From NCBI GenBank assembly GCA_046314355.1, contig JBKBWQ010000001.1, positions 1,216,001-1,280,000 on the forward strand: a stretch of 64,000 nucleotides of DNA, in the 5' to 3' direction. The stretch comes from Candidatus Altimarinota bacterium (lineage in GTDB: Bacteria > Patescibacteriota > Gracilibacteria > 1-14-2-50-48-13). A model generated the notes under the pieces. The model searched no databases. It was given only the letters and a program-made list of their open reading frames with translations, and was not told the DNA's origin. Positions within the stretch are counted from its first letter, which is position 1; each line of letters starts with the position of its first letter. Positions 30,657-40,707 of this stretch are shown here, one piece after another. The position numbers and the translations under genes were made by a program.

Positions 30657-33062
30657 TTACTTTAAAATTTCACATTGTAATTCAGTTCCAGAGATAATAC
30701 TAAACTCTGCACTTTTCACGACACTCTTAAGATCATCAGCAAATTTTTCCATTTCTGCTATCTGATCATCGCTACATGCCACAGTCAGCTTCTGAATATC
30801 AGCTCCAAGTCCGATACCTTGAGCGGCTTTTTCTTTTCTTGCTATGGATACAATCTCAAGCAGGAGTAAACCACTCTTTAGACTCTCTTCACTATTTACT
30901 CGAGTTTCCTTAGGATACTCAGTGATATGTATACTTTCAGCATTCTGGTATTTTTTAAAGTATGCCTGATAAATCTCCTCTGTGATATGAGGCATAAATG
31001 GTGCAAAGAGCTTCGTAAGCATGTCGAGAGCTATGTAGACAGTATACTGCGCAGACTTTCTCTTCTCAGTTCCATTCTCAAAACTTTCAGGTTTGTAGAG
31101 ACGTCCTTTGATAAGTTCGAGATAGTTATCACAGAAATCATTCCAGAAGAATTTTTCAAATTCTGACCTTGCAGGTCCAAACTCAAAAGCTTCAAGATAT
31201 GCTGTCATTTTCTTTGAAAGATCTGTGAGCCGTGCAAGCATCCATTTGTCTGTTTCATAAAGTTCAGGTACATATGCAGGATCAAAATCTTCAAGATGCA
31301 TAGTCATGAATTGTGCCACATTCCATAACTTATTTACTATTTTTTTTCCACTCATCATCTCTTTCTCATCAAGTGTAATGTCCTTTCCAAGTGAAGCTCC
31401 GCAAGCCCAGAATCGTACAGCATCAGCTCCGTATATCTTGAGAAGTTCCTCAGGACTTTTTCCTGCGTTGTTTTTAGATTTGGAAATCTTCTCACCTTTC
31501 TTGGCGAGTACATGTCCAGACATCATGATATTTTTCCAAGGGATCTGCTCAAAATGAAGCTCACTCTTGATGATCGTGTAGAGTGCCCATGTCCGGATAA
31601 TGTCATGTGCCTGAGGTCTGAGGTCCATTGGTCTAAGATATGGTCGCTCATCTTCTTCACCCCATCTGCTGTTGATCTCAGGAGTTGATGACGAAGTTGC
31701 CCAGGTGTCTAGAACATCTTTCTCAGGAATCATATCTTCATAAGTATGACCTTCCGGAAGGTAAGGGGGTTTGCTTTTTTGCGGGTTTACAGGGAGATCT
31801 TTTGGATCAGCGAGCACTATTTCCCCTGTCTTTGCTGAGGTCCACGCCGGGATAGGTATTCCAAAGAATCTCTCCCGTGAAATACACCAGTCCCATTTTA
31901 GATTTTCTACCCACTGATCATAGCGTTTTTTCATGTGATCCGGGTACCAGTTTACTTCATTTGCACGTTCAAGGAGCTTGTCTTTGATATCTATAATCTT
32001 TATAAACCACTGAGGTACAGGCAGGATTTCTATAGAAGTACCACATCTCTCATGGACGCCTTTCTCATGTGTATGAGATTTTTCAGCAAGAACATATCCA
32101 CCTGGACGGATCATTTCTATGATTACTCCGCGGGCTTTCTTGATATAAAGACCGTCAATTTCAGGCATGTCTGGAAAGTTAATATGCCCGTTTTTCGTAA
32201 TAAGAATTTTTTCCGGTAAATTATGTTTTTTAACCCAATACATATCTGTCTCATCTCCATATGTACAGCACATAACTGCTCCTGTCCCTTTATCTATCTG
32301 GACTTTATCATCTGCCATTAATGGTACAGTATCTCCAAGCGGAGTAGTCACTGTTTTACCAATAAGATCTGTATACCGGGCATCATCAGGATGTACAAAT
32401 ACAGCCACACATGCAGGTAAGTATTCAGGGCGGGTTGTGGCAATAGTAAGATCTTTGCCTTCTACTGAAAACTTGAGATCATAAAATATCGTTTCAAATT
32501 CTTTATCTTCCACTTCTGCCTGTGCTACTGCAGTCTGACATTCAATACACCAAAGAGCGGGAGCGAATCTTTTTTCTATTCGTCCTTTTTTAAAGAGCTC
32601 AATAAATGATCGTTGTGATACGCGCTGTGCCAAAGGATCAATACTAGAGTATTCAAGATTCCAATCAGAGCTCAACCCCACTGACTGCCAGAGAGACTGA
32701 AATTCTTTTCTGTACTTTTTCGTGACGTCTAGACAAAGTGCCACAAACTCATCACGATCCATTTCAGAACCTTTTACCCCAGTCTCTTTCTCTACAAGAC
32801 GCTCTGTGGGAAGTCCATTGTCATCAAAACCAAATGGATAGAAGACATTATATCCCTGCATACGTTTGAATCGGGCGATCACTTCAGCCTGAGTATAAGA
32901 AAAGATATGTCCAATATGAATTGTGCCGGAAACAGTAGGAGGAGGTGTGTCTATTGAGTAGAGAGGTTTTTCAGATTTTGGATCAAAATGATAAGTGCCT
33001 GCTGTCTGCCAGTAGTCCTGCCATTTTTTCTCAGAGATTTGCGGATCGTAAGGAGTTGCCAT
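30657..33062 (-). CDS. valS: Valyl-tRNA synthetase, type 2 (archaeal-like)
   Basis: DTPPPTVSG, HIGH, WDWCISR, RPQAHDIIRTW, KISKS; no long C-terminal coiled coil. Confidence 0.96.
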   Translation of the reverse strand: MATPYDPQISEKKWQDYWQTAGTYHFDPKSEKPLYSIDTPPPTVSGTIHIGHIFSYTQAEVIARFKRMQGYNVFYPFGFDDNGLPTERLVEKETGVKGSEMDRDEFVALCLDVTKKYRKEFQSLWQSVGLSSDWNLEYSSIDPLAQRVSQRSFIELFKKGRIEKRFAPALWCIECQTAVAQAEVEDKEFETIFYDLKFSVEGKDLTIATTRPEYLPACVAVFVHPDDARYTDLIGKTVTTPLGDTVPLMADDKVQIDKGTGAVMCCTYGDETDMYWVKKHNLPEKILITKNGHINFPDMPEIDGLYIKKARGVIIEMIRPGGYVLAEKSHTHEKGVHERCGTSIEILPVPQWFIKIIDIKDKLLERANEVNWYPDHMKKRYDQWVENLKWDWCISRERFFGIPIPAWTSAKTGEIVLADPKDLPVNPQKSKPPYLPEGHTYEDMIPEKDVLDTWATSSSTPEINSRWGEEDERPYLRPMDLRPQAHDIIRTWALYTIIKSELHFEQIPWKNIMMSGHVLAKKGEKISKSKNNAGKSPEELLKIYGADAVRFWACGASLGKDITLDEKEMMSGKKIVNKLWNVAQFMTMHLEDFDPAYVPELYETDKWMLARLTDLSKKMTAYLEAFEFGPARSEFEKFFWNDFCDNYLELIKGRLYKPESFENGTEKRKSAQYTVYIALDMLTKLFAPFMPHITEEIYQAYFKKYQNAESIHITEYPKETRVNSEESLKSGLLLLEIVSIARKEKAAQGIGLGADIQKLTVACSDDQIAEMEKFADDLKSVVKSAEFSIISGTELQCEILK

Positions 33063-33211
33063 TGTTCAAAAAAGTTACAAATTACAGCTATCATACGCAG
33101 GTTTCCAGCAGCCTACAAACTGTAATGTTTGAGTTTTGTTGACCTGTTATATTTTTATTTCATAAAATATAAAGTAAAAAGACCCTCATCATTGAAAGTC
33201 TTTGTAGTTTT

Positions 33212-33652
33212 TCATACCGCTGTTCTACTTTCCAGCAGTTCATTTATGTATTTGCAAAGTGTTGGCAGTTCAACCACACCTTTTTGGATGAATGTCATAT
33301 TGTTTTTATTTAACCACTCATCCAAGCTTTTCTTTGCACTACCGCTATAGACAATTACTTGGTAACCTTTCTTTAAAAGATTTTTAATACTTGTCTCTGT
33401 CGTATAGTGAAAGTGTTGATCCTGTAACAGATCTGATATATCCCAATCATGCAGAACCAGCAGAGGTTTCCCTGTAGCATTATGCACAGCATCCCACATC
33501 TCTTTCGTGACTGCTGATATAACGCTCAGCTCATTTTTAAAAGCTAGATTTATCGTTTTTTCGATAATTCTCCGGGCACTTCCTAGATTGTCATAATGAG
33601 AACTATCATCCATGAGAACAATTTCGTTCCCCTTGAATTCTATTTTGGTCAT
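33212..33652 (-). CDS. Stand-alone response-regulator receiver (CheY-like) domain protein
   Basis: IVLMDD acidic pocket, LVLHDWD phosphoacceptor, VIVYSG, FIQKG Lys; SD AGAGGT; TGA stop. Confidence 0.7.
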   Translation of the reverse strand: MTKIEFKGNEIVLMDDSSHYDNLGSARRIIEKTINLAFKNELSVISAVTKEMWDAVHNATGKPLLVLHDWDISDLLQDQHFHYTTETSIKNLLKKGYQVIVYSGSAKKSLDEWLNKNNMTFIQKGVVELPTLCKYINELLESRTAV

Positions 33653-33828
33653 TTCTGTTTTTACCTCTATACCTATATGTGTTTGCTCACTTATAATCGA
33701 AATGTGTAAAATGATCGTTAAAAAATGATCTATTCTTATCAGAGATGCTTATTCAGATAAAACTTCCATATATTGCATATCATGAAAAATACTTGTACCA
33801 TGGGTAAAATATCCTTACATATTCTTCA

Positions 33829-35136
33829 ATGAAAAAGACGTTTACCTTACTCCTTCTTTTTGTTTTTCTTGGAAATACATCTGTAGCTTTGAATGCAAAT
33901 GCTTTTACTGAACTCCAGAAAGTAAGGGATTGGAATCAGAATTTTTCAGACATTGAAGGACATTGGGCAGAGAGAGAAATAAAGAATTTTTACGAATCTG
34001 GGATAGTAAGTGGTGATCAGGGTACTTTTTCTCCAGATCGGCCTATTACGAGAGCTGAGTTTGTAAAGCTCTTAACACTTTCTCTGAGAAATCATATCAA
34101 TCTTGTGCCGATTATCTCAGAAAAATCTGTAGAGTTCTTTGATGTCCTACCAAATGCCTGGTATGAGTACTCCCTGAAAGTATTAGTTCCTAGAAATATA
34201 ATAAAAGGGTATGAGGATGGTACATTTCGTCCAGAAGCATATGTGAATAGAGCTGAGGCTACCAAAGCTCTGGTCTTAGCATATGGAATATCAGAGGAAC
34301 AAATACAGGCTGATAAGATGTTAAAGAGTGGAATGGTCTTATTGAAGGATATCCAAACAACTGCGTGGTATGCTAAATACATTAATACTGCAATGAAGCT
34401 GAGCTTAATGTCTGGAAAAAATGATGCATTCTTTGGAGTAAGTGAGTATTTGACGAGAGCTGAAGCTGTCAGTATGCTGTATACTGCTACTTATCAAACT
34501 ATTTTCTTTTCAGATGATGATGTAAAGGACATGTCATTAGGCTATACGAGAGAACCAATAGAGCCCACAATAGTAGAACTTCAAGACAACACTTCTCCTG
34601 CTGGTCTGCATGTTGCTGGAAATGCTGATGCACCTTTCACCATGACTGTATTTACGGACTTTGAGTGTCCAGGCTGTACGTATTTCTATTTTGATGTGAC
34701 TAAGAATCTAAAAAAGGAATTTTTAGATACAGGTATTTTGAAACTCGTATATAAAGATTTTCCACTGATAAGTATGCATGAGCGTGCATTTGCTGCTGCT
34801 AATGCGCTTCATTGTGCAGATGGACAGGGAAATGCATCTGGAATGTATCAGTTGTTATATGAAAAAAATGCGAACTGGAAATATAATAATAATATGGCTG
34901 TAGCATTATTTGGATTTGCAGAGCAACTGGAGCTTGATAAAGAAGTGTTTAAAAAATGTGTACTAGGGGCAGAGGAAAGAGAAGCTGTCTTTGCTAATAT
35001 GCAAGATGGATATGCTCTGGAAATATCAGGAACACCTACAATCTTTCTATCAAAGACTGGTACGGGTATAACAATGGAAGATAAGGTAGGAATGCAATAT
35101 GATGCAATTCGAGAGAAGCTTCTGAATTATGAATAG
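33829..35136 (+). CDS. SLH-anchored DsbA/thioredoxin-family oxidoreductase
   Basis: Signal peptide; three SLH repeats (TRAEF, NRAEA, TRAEA); FTDFECPGC, YKDFPL, GTPT cis-Pro. Confidence 0.9.
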   Translation: MKKTFTLLLLFVFLGNTSVALNANAFTELQKVRDWNQNFSDIEGHWAEREIKNFYESGIVSGDQGTFSPDRPITRAEFVKLLTLSLRNHINLVPIISEKSVEFFDVLPNAWYEYSLKVLVPRNIIKGYEDGTFRPEAYVNRAEATKALVLAYGISEEQIQADKMLKSGMVLLKDIQTTAWYAKYINTAMKLSLMSGKNDAFFGVSEYLTRAEAVSMLYTATYQTIFFSDDDVKDMSLGYTREPIEPTIVELQDNTSPAGLHVAGNADAPFTMTVFTDFECPGCTYFYFDVTKNLKKEFLDTGILKLVYKDFPLISMHERAFAAANALHCADGQGNASGMYQLLYEKNANWKYNNNMAVALFGFAEQLELDKEVFKKCVLGAEEREAVFANMQDGYALEISGTPTIFLSKTGTGITMEDKVGMQYDAIREKLLNYE

Positions 35137-35188
35137 AGATGTGAATAGAAGGCTATTTCTTAGAAATAGCCTTCTGAGGTGAGAAAAA

Positions 35189-35371
35189 TTAAAGGTAGAT
35201 TCCAACTGGTTCGTCAGGATCAATAGGTGCTGGAGGATTTTTTGTATTTGTTACAAATCGTTCCATGCTTTCCAAGATGATAGCACGATTATCATCTGAA
35301 TTTTCCTTTTTTTCAAAAATTTCTCTCATGTTTTTATATGCTGCCTCTAAGCGATCGAGGTGTTGACACAT
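35189..35371 (-). CDS. Small orphan protein (60 aa)
   Basis: TTGAAAATAAAAGGAG-N8-ATG start; shares terminator 35147-35175. Confidence 0.55.
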   Translation of the reverse strand: MCQHLDRLEAAYKNMREIFEKKENSDDNRAIILESMERFVTNTKNPPAPIDPDEPVGIYL

Positions 35372-35460
35372 ACTGTTAACTCCTTTTATTTTCAATAATA
35401 ATTTTGTTTGTTCTGATTATAGGTAAATGTGGGGAAAGTCAAGGGGGCTGTGTATTGTTT

Positions 35461-35712
35461 TCACCTGCCGGTGAGGGCTTTTTCTTTTGTAACCAAAAGA
35501 AACAAAAGTTTTGGGGGAGGAGAAAAGCGTCTGGCAGGGTGGGGCGGCTTCGAGAAGTGATCAGACGCTTCTCCTCCCCCAAACCCCCAGGGACGGTGCA
35601 GTTTAGGTGAGGGCTCAAGTAACTAGTAACTAGTGACCGTCACTAGTTACTAGTCACTGCGCAGTCAGGCGATGTACCTGCGGTACATGTCATTGGCTCG
35701 AAGGGGAGAGGG
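35461..35712 (+). repeat. ~250-nt structured dispersed repeat, copy 1
   Basis: Highly similar to 61472-61720 and 53700-53855; multiple hairpins. Confidence 0.9.
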
Positions 35713-35863
35713 CACAGGCGCGTCATCCTGCAGGGTGATTCTTTATCTTCAGTCTCTACATTTAGAACTGTGGGAGGGGTCTCCAAACACAGGCTTAGGA
35801 GTAACTATCACACGAGCCTTTTACTCCTTTTGAAAATTGAACTATAAAACTTAGACAAATAAC

Positions 35864-36496
35864 TTAATTTGCCGGTGGATAATATTTCTCCAATCCCTTA
35901 GGGAATACAGGTATAAAAGGTGTGTCTAGGAGTGTCTGTATTTCCTTACAAACATAGGGGTCCTTTGCGAGTTTTATATATTCCTGTGCACTCATTAGAC
36001 CTACATATTCCTGTCCTAAGAATTCATATGCTTCAAGCATTTCACAGTCATATGGTGCTAAGATAGGAATTTTATCAATTGGTGTTACTTCTTTTGTAGA
36101 GATATATTCTACTCCTTTCTCCCATTTGCCGATTTCCCAGTCTTCTCGCTCAATGCGGTAAAAATCTTGTCCTAAAAAGACGTAGATAAATCCTTTCAAC
36201 TTTGCCCCAAGTAAGATGTGACGGTTTTTATAGTATAATCTGTGGAATACAAAACGGTATTTCTCTTTGTATGATTGGTACTGTTCTGTAGGTTCATAGC
36301 AAAACATGCCTGAAGGAGTGGTGTGCCCAAACACTACAGGTTCTCCGAATTCATAATTTCCATTCTCAGTTGGTTTATGGAATGCGGGACTTAGTGTAGA
36401 AAAATCTTTTCCGGAGCCATGAAAAACATATTTTTCTGTACAAGGCTGTACATCGAGAATATGCATTTGTGATGAATCATATGGCGTGAAAAGCAT
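35864..36496 (-). CDS. Hypothetical protein
   Basis: YVFHGS..LSP..VFG..GFIYV..EYIS..VTP pattern, loosely ADP-ribosyltransferase-like; start uncertain (36496 or 36466). Confidence 0.6.
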   Translation of the reverse strand: MLFTPYDSSQMHILDVQPCTEKYVFHGSGKDFSTLSPAFHKPTENGNYEFGEPVVFGHTTPSGMFCYEPTEQYQSYKEKYRFVFHRLYYKNRHILLGAKLKGFIYVFLGQDFYRIEREDWEIGKWEKGVEYISTKEVTPIDKIPILAPYDCEMLEAYEFLGQEYVGLMSAQEYIKLAKDPYVCKEIQTLLDTPFIPVFPKGLEKYYPPAN

Positions 36497-36520
36497 AAGT
36501 ATTCTTATAATTTTGAATGA

Positions 36521-36576
36521 TGGTTTCCGTTGGGCAGACTTCTTCGGCTTCGTTATAATCATCGAACGGAATGACA
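36521..36576 (-). repeat. TGTCATTCC-type REP-like palindrome (variant)
   Basis: Minus strand reads TGTCATTCCGTT-N33-AACGGAAACCA. Confidence 0.5.
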
Positions 36577-36603
36577 GGCTCTAGCCCTCCTTACAGTTCT
36601 TAT

Positions 36604-39237
36604 TTATCCGCTTATTCCTATTCTCGCCTCAATCTCCTGATCTACGAATACTCTTTTTCTTCCATACTTCAGACTTGAATATTTCTTCAAGATAGCTGCT
36701 ACTTTTTCGTTTCTGTCACGTTCATCATTTACTGTCTCGAGGGAGAATGGTCTTGAAGTGGTGTTGTGGATATTGAGTTTTATATAGGCTTTGTAGTTGG
36801 CGATATTTACGATATCCTGATCTGATAGGGTAGGTGCGTATTCTTTTGCTAAATATTCCGCATCTTCTGCACCTACTTTAAAGCTCATCATAGTACCTAC
36901 GTTACCGAAGATGGCATCTCGTACCTGTGTGCTTTGTTTACCGTTGGCGCTCACGACCAGCTGGCTGATATACTGATGGGCCATGATAAGGGCGAGGCGG
37001 TACTTTCTGGCCTCGGAGAGGATGCTGGCAAAAGTATCTGTGGCAAAGTTCTGGAACTCATCCACATAAAGGAAGAAGTCTTTACGGTCCTTAGACGGAA
37101 TGTCTACACGGCTCATGGCTGCCATTGAGATTTTATTTACAAGGATCAGTCCTAGCAGCTGTGCATTAAGTCCTCCGATTTTACCCTTTGAAAGGTTTAC
37201 GAGGAGGATCTTCTGCTGATCCATACATTCCCGGATATTAAAGGCACTCTTTGATTGTCCGATGACATTTCGGATCGTAGTATTTGTAATAAACGGTCCA
37301 AATTTGGCAGAAAAGTAAGGGATCATCTCCTCACGTTCTCTTGCTCCTGTATGGGCATATTCATGCTCCCAGAAGGATCTTACCACTGAGTTTTTAATCT
37401 TCGCTACCTTGTATTTCATGAACTCTTCATCCGTAAACATACGGGGAATATCAATTAGTGTAGCGCCGTCATCCTCATCGTCCATAAGTGTCAGACACGC
37501 ATTTCGGAAATAATGCTGGATTCGAGGACCGAAGATTTCATCTCCATAGAGTTTAATAAAGATTTCTGTGGCGTCGAGACTGGCTCTGTCTTTTTCTTCC
37601 TCTGTCTTTGCCTCTAGGATATTTAGTCCCATCGGGCGATCCTTGTCAGAAGGGTCAAACACTATCACGTCCCGTGCACGTTCCTTTGGAACATAACAAA
37701 GAATATCTTCAATCAAGTCTCCATGAGGATCGATCACACCTACTCCATCGCCGTTCCAGATATCCTGACGTGCCATATACTGTAGAAATACCGACTTACC
37801 AGAACCGGATTTTCCGATCACGTAATGATGTCTTGTACGGTCATCTCTAAGTATGCGGACAAGTTTTTTTACGCCGCGGTAACGGCTATATCCGAGCACA
37901 ACTCCTTCGTTTGGAAGATCTATCGGAGGAGGCAGGATCTTGTAAGACTGCCAGAAGATTACTGGAGATTTATTATAGATGCTATTTGGGAAATGGTAGA
38001 CTGTGGCGAGCTCATCCGGAGTAAGTAGACATGTTTTTACAGCAAATCCGTAGAGACGTTTCTCATAGCCGTAATAGATAAGTGGTGTACTGATAAAGTC
38101 CAAGGGGACTACTCGTCTGTTTTGAAAAAGATTTCCTTTACCGTCACTAAAGATGCTAAAACCTACAACCATATTGTTGAGGATGTCATCAACTCTGTTA
38201 TTTCCTTCTTTTGATGCTGCAACGATTCTGAAAGTTACATTAAATCCGCCGCTCTGAGCTGCCTTTTCACCTACGCGTTTTGCAAACTCTTCATCTGTCT
38301 GAAGCATACGTACATATGAGTCACCTCCTGAGGCACCAGGTGCATTCGTTTTTCCTGAAGGCAAAAATGAGTTATTATTCCATAAGAATCCTAGAAAGCC
38401 AAAAATAGGTCCTATAATAGGGATCTTACCAAAGAAAGACTGATGAATCTTTTTACCTTTAAAGAGAAGGGTACCTTTGGCCTCTGCCTCACGTCGCCAT
38501 TTATTGCTGCTGGGACGAATGATCATCTGGATAGCTGCGCGCTCGTCTTCTCCGAGTTTACTCATCACGTTTGTAATATCATTGAGAGGGTCGTCCTCCA
38601 TTGTTTGATACGTCTTGATAGGATTCCAGAACTCTTTCTTTGTATGCATATAATATCCTTTCACATGATATCCTGTCTCATACATGACTGGAGCTTTTGT
38701 AAGCTCGATCTCGGCTTCAGGATAAAATGTTGTGATCTGCTTTTCTACGATACTTTTATAATAAGGAAGGGTAGCTACGTAAAAGTAGAGATTCTTTTTA
38801 TTGATGTGAAGCTCGAAGCAGACGATATCAGTCTTTAGGAGATAACTTCTGATCATATTCCAGAGATTGATTTCTTTGATCTCAAACAGTGCACGGTAGA
38901 GCTGCTGCATGACAATAAGTGTCTCTTTAAAGTCTTTCTTAGTTTCTTTTTCTTTATCAGATTTAGAATCAGATCTAGAAAGGACTACTTTCATAAAGAT
39001 CAGATGTTTACTTACCCACAGTGCTACAAGCCATTTGAAGAAAAGCTTAAATAGCTTCCATCCGTAGAATATAACGATGAAGGCTACCAGAGCAATAAGC
39101 CAGTATTTTTGAATGTAGGCGATAGCTATTGTGCCGTTTTTGACTGTGCTAGCTAAAAACTGCTGTAATAATAAAAAAATATTATTAGTATTGGCTGCTG
39201 CTTGTTGTGTGGTCCGTGCGACAAGCTGGATGAACAT
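36604..39237 (-). CDS. CPR-type VirD4/TraG/HerA-like ATPase with N-terminal TM
   Basis: Walker A GKSGSGKS, IDPHGD, Walker B LYVDEFQNF, SEARKY, AHQY. Confidence 0.9.
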   Translation of the reverse strand: MFIQLVARTTQQAAANTNNIFLLLQQFLASTVKNGTIAIAYIQKYWLIALVAFIVIFYGWKLFKLFFKWLVALWVSKHLIFMKVVLSRSDSKSDKEKETKKDFKETLIVMQQLYRALFEIKEINLWNMIRSYLLKTDIVCFELHINKKNLYFYVATLPYYKSIVEKQITTFYPEAEIELTKAPVMYETGYHVKGYYMHTKKEFWNPIKTYQTMEDDPLNDITNVMSKLGEDERAAIQMIIRPSSNKWRREAEAKGTLLFKGKKIHQSFFGKIPIIGPIFGFLGFLWNNNSFLPSGKTNAPGASGGDSYVRMLQTDEEFAKRVGEKAAQSGGFNVTFRIVAASKEGNNRVDDILNNMVVGFSIFSDGKGNLFQNRRVVPLDFISTPLIYYGYEKRLYGFAVKTCLLTPDELATVYHFPNSIYNKSPVIFWQSYKILPPPIDLPNEGVVLGYSRYRGVKKLVRILRDDRTRHHYVIGKSGSGKSVFLQYMARQDIWNGDGVGVIDPHGDLIEDILCYVPKERARDVIVFDPSDKDRPMGLNILEAKTEEEKDRASLDATEIFIKLYGDEIFGPRIQHYFRNACLTLMDDEDDGATLIDIPRMFTDEEFMKYKVAKIKNSVVRSFWEHEYAHTGAREREEMIPYFSAKFGPFITNTTIRNVIGQSKSAFNIRECMDQQKILLVNLSKGKIGGLNAQLLGLILVNKISMAAMSRVDIPSKDRKDFFLYVDEFQNFATDTFASILSEARKYRLALIMAHQYISQLVVSANGKQSTQVRDAIFGNVGTMMSFKVGAEDAEYLAKEYAPTLSDQDIVNIANYKAYIKLNIHNTTSRPFSLETVNDERDRNEKVAAILKKYSSLKYGRKRVFVDQEIEARIGISG

Positions 39238-39515
39238 GAGGAAAGAGAGAAATGTGAGTATCATAAAAGTATATCATACTCGTATTTGGCTATGCAAGAA
39301 TGTGGTGGTAGGAATGGGAAATTATTGAAGGGTGATATTTTTTTTGAAGTTGTTGAATATTTATCTTTCAATTCTTTTTAACGTTGACAAATTATAAATT
39401 AAGCTTATTTTATTAATAAGCTTAATCGCAACAAAGGGATACGTGACCACGTATCCCAGATCTTTAGGGTCTGGTGATTGAAGTGAATATGATATTTTGA
39501 AAATTTGGAGAAAAA

Positions 39516-40529
39516 ATGAGCAAAAAAGGTTTAAATTTACATCTACTTGATGATTTAATATTTGCAGGTCTGTATTCATGGTATACAGCACAGCTTGATA
39601 TTTATCATAAGATCGGATTTACTTCGATCCAAGATGGAAAGGTTGGAATTTTTGACCAATATGGCACTTTCAGACCGGTTCCGACTTTGGAAGAAATTCA
39701 TGCAGTAATAAATGAAAAGAAGGAAAATTTGGAACTGGAATATAAGCAATCACAAGGCTTCTCTAGATATATGCTTGTTCCTATTGGTCTTTCTAGTGAG
39801 AAGATGTACTCTACCTTAGTTGGATTGTATAGACACTATCAGAGAAAGGTTTCACTTTTTCAGGATGATAGAAAAAAGACTCCTTTGAAAATCACTCTCA
39901 CCCCTACAGGGAAAGAGAAAAAAAAGTATAACATGCATGCTTTCAGCAGATCGTTAACGATTAAAGAGGACCAAGTTTACTATTATCCAAAAGATCTTCG
40001 TCAAAACGATCCTGCATTATCGGGGGGTGTTCTAAAGGATACACTTCTTGAAAGTCAGCGCTTCCCAGGTTGGGAGATTCATATACTTCAGAAGGATACG
40101 AAGCTTCGTAGGAGAGGAACAGGAAAGACTATTAGTGATCGTCCTGAGTTAGATGGAGGTCTTAGTGCGGCGGATTGTTTAGATTTAATTAGTGACAGGA
40201 TTGAAAATCTTCCAGGAAAAGCCATTAGGGATAAAAACGGGAAACTCGTCTACCGACATGAAGTAGGAAGTACTTCAGAAGTTTGGATTGTTGAGGCTAT
40301 TATGAAACTTACTGAATACAAGAAAGTTCACGGCGATATTGAGAATAAAGATGATGCTGGATGTCTACACGTAGGAACTGCAATATTTTATCAAAATATA
40401 TATGGTAAAAATATTAATGTGACTTGTTCGCAAACGGATATTCACAGGGGTAGAATACTGTGTCTTGGTGAACATACTGAAGTGGATTATTCTGATTTAG
40501 CTCCCAGTACAACTGTAAAAGTTTGTTGA
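39516..40529 (+). CDS. Orphan protein, possible degenerate C-type-lectin (CLec/FGE-like) fold
   Basis: PTLEEI, QGFSRYMLVP, PGWEI, YRHEVGSTSEVW; own promoter TTGACA (39384), GGAG SD, TGA stop, terminator 40557-40590. Confidence 0.55.
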   Translation: MSKKGLNLHLLDDLIFAGLYSWYTAQLDIYHKIGFTSIQDGKVGIFDQYGTFRPVPTLEEIHAVINEKKENLELEYKQSQGFSRYMLVPIGLSSEKMYSTLVGLYRHYQRKVSLFQDDRKKTPLKITLTPTGKEKKKYNMHAFSRSLTIKEDQVYYYPKDLRQNDPALSGGVLKDTLLESQRFPGWEIHILQKDTKLRRRGTGKTISDRPELDGGLSAADCLDLISDRIENLPGKAIRDKNGKLVYRHEVGSTSEVWIVEAIMKLTEYKKVHGDIENKDDAGCLHVGTAIFYQNIYGKNINVTCSQTDIHRGRILCLGEHTEVDYSDLAPSTTVKVC

Positions 40530-40707
40530 TTTTTCTCCAAAAATAAAAATTGCTATGCAAAGCACTTACAGTAATGTGAGTGCTTTTTTATATGTTTAAA
40601 TATAAATACAATAAATATTTATATATATGTCAACTCTTCTCTACTGCAAAAAATAATCCAGACATGGTACAATGATATGATAAAAATTTACATAAACAAA
40701 AACATAT

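Noticed and set aside
35404-35610. Short ORFs at 35404, 53470 and 61383 with similar sequences
   Set aside because: They are translations of the 250-nt non-coding repeat on differing strands and frames.
36604-39237. Conjugative element or ICE around the VirD4-like ATPase
   Set aside because: No relaxase, VirB genes or integrase nearby; such stand-alone ATPases are common chromosomal genes in CPR.
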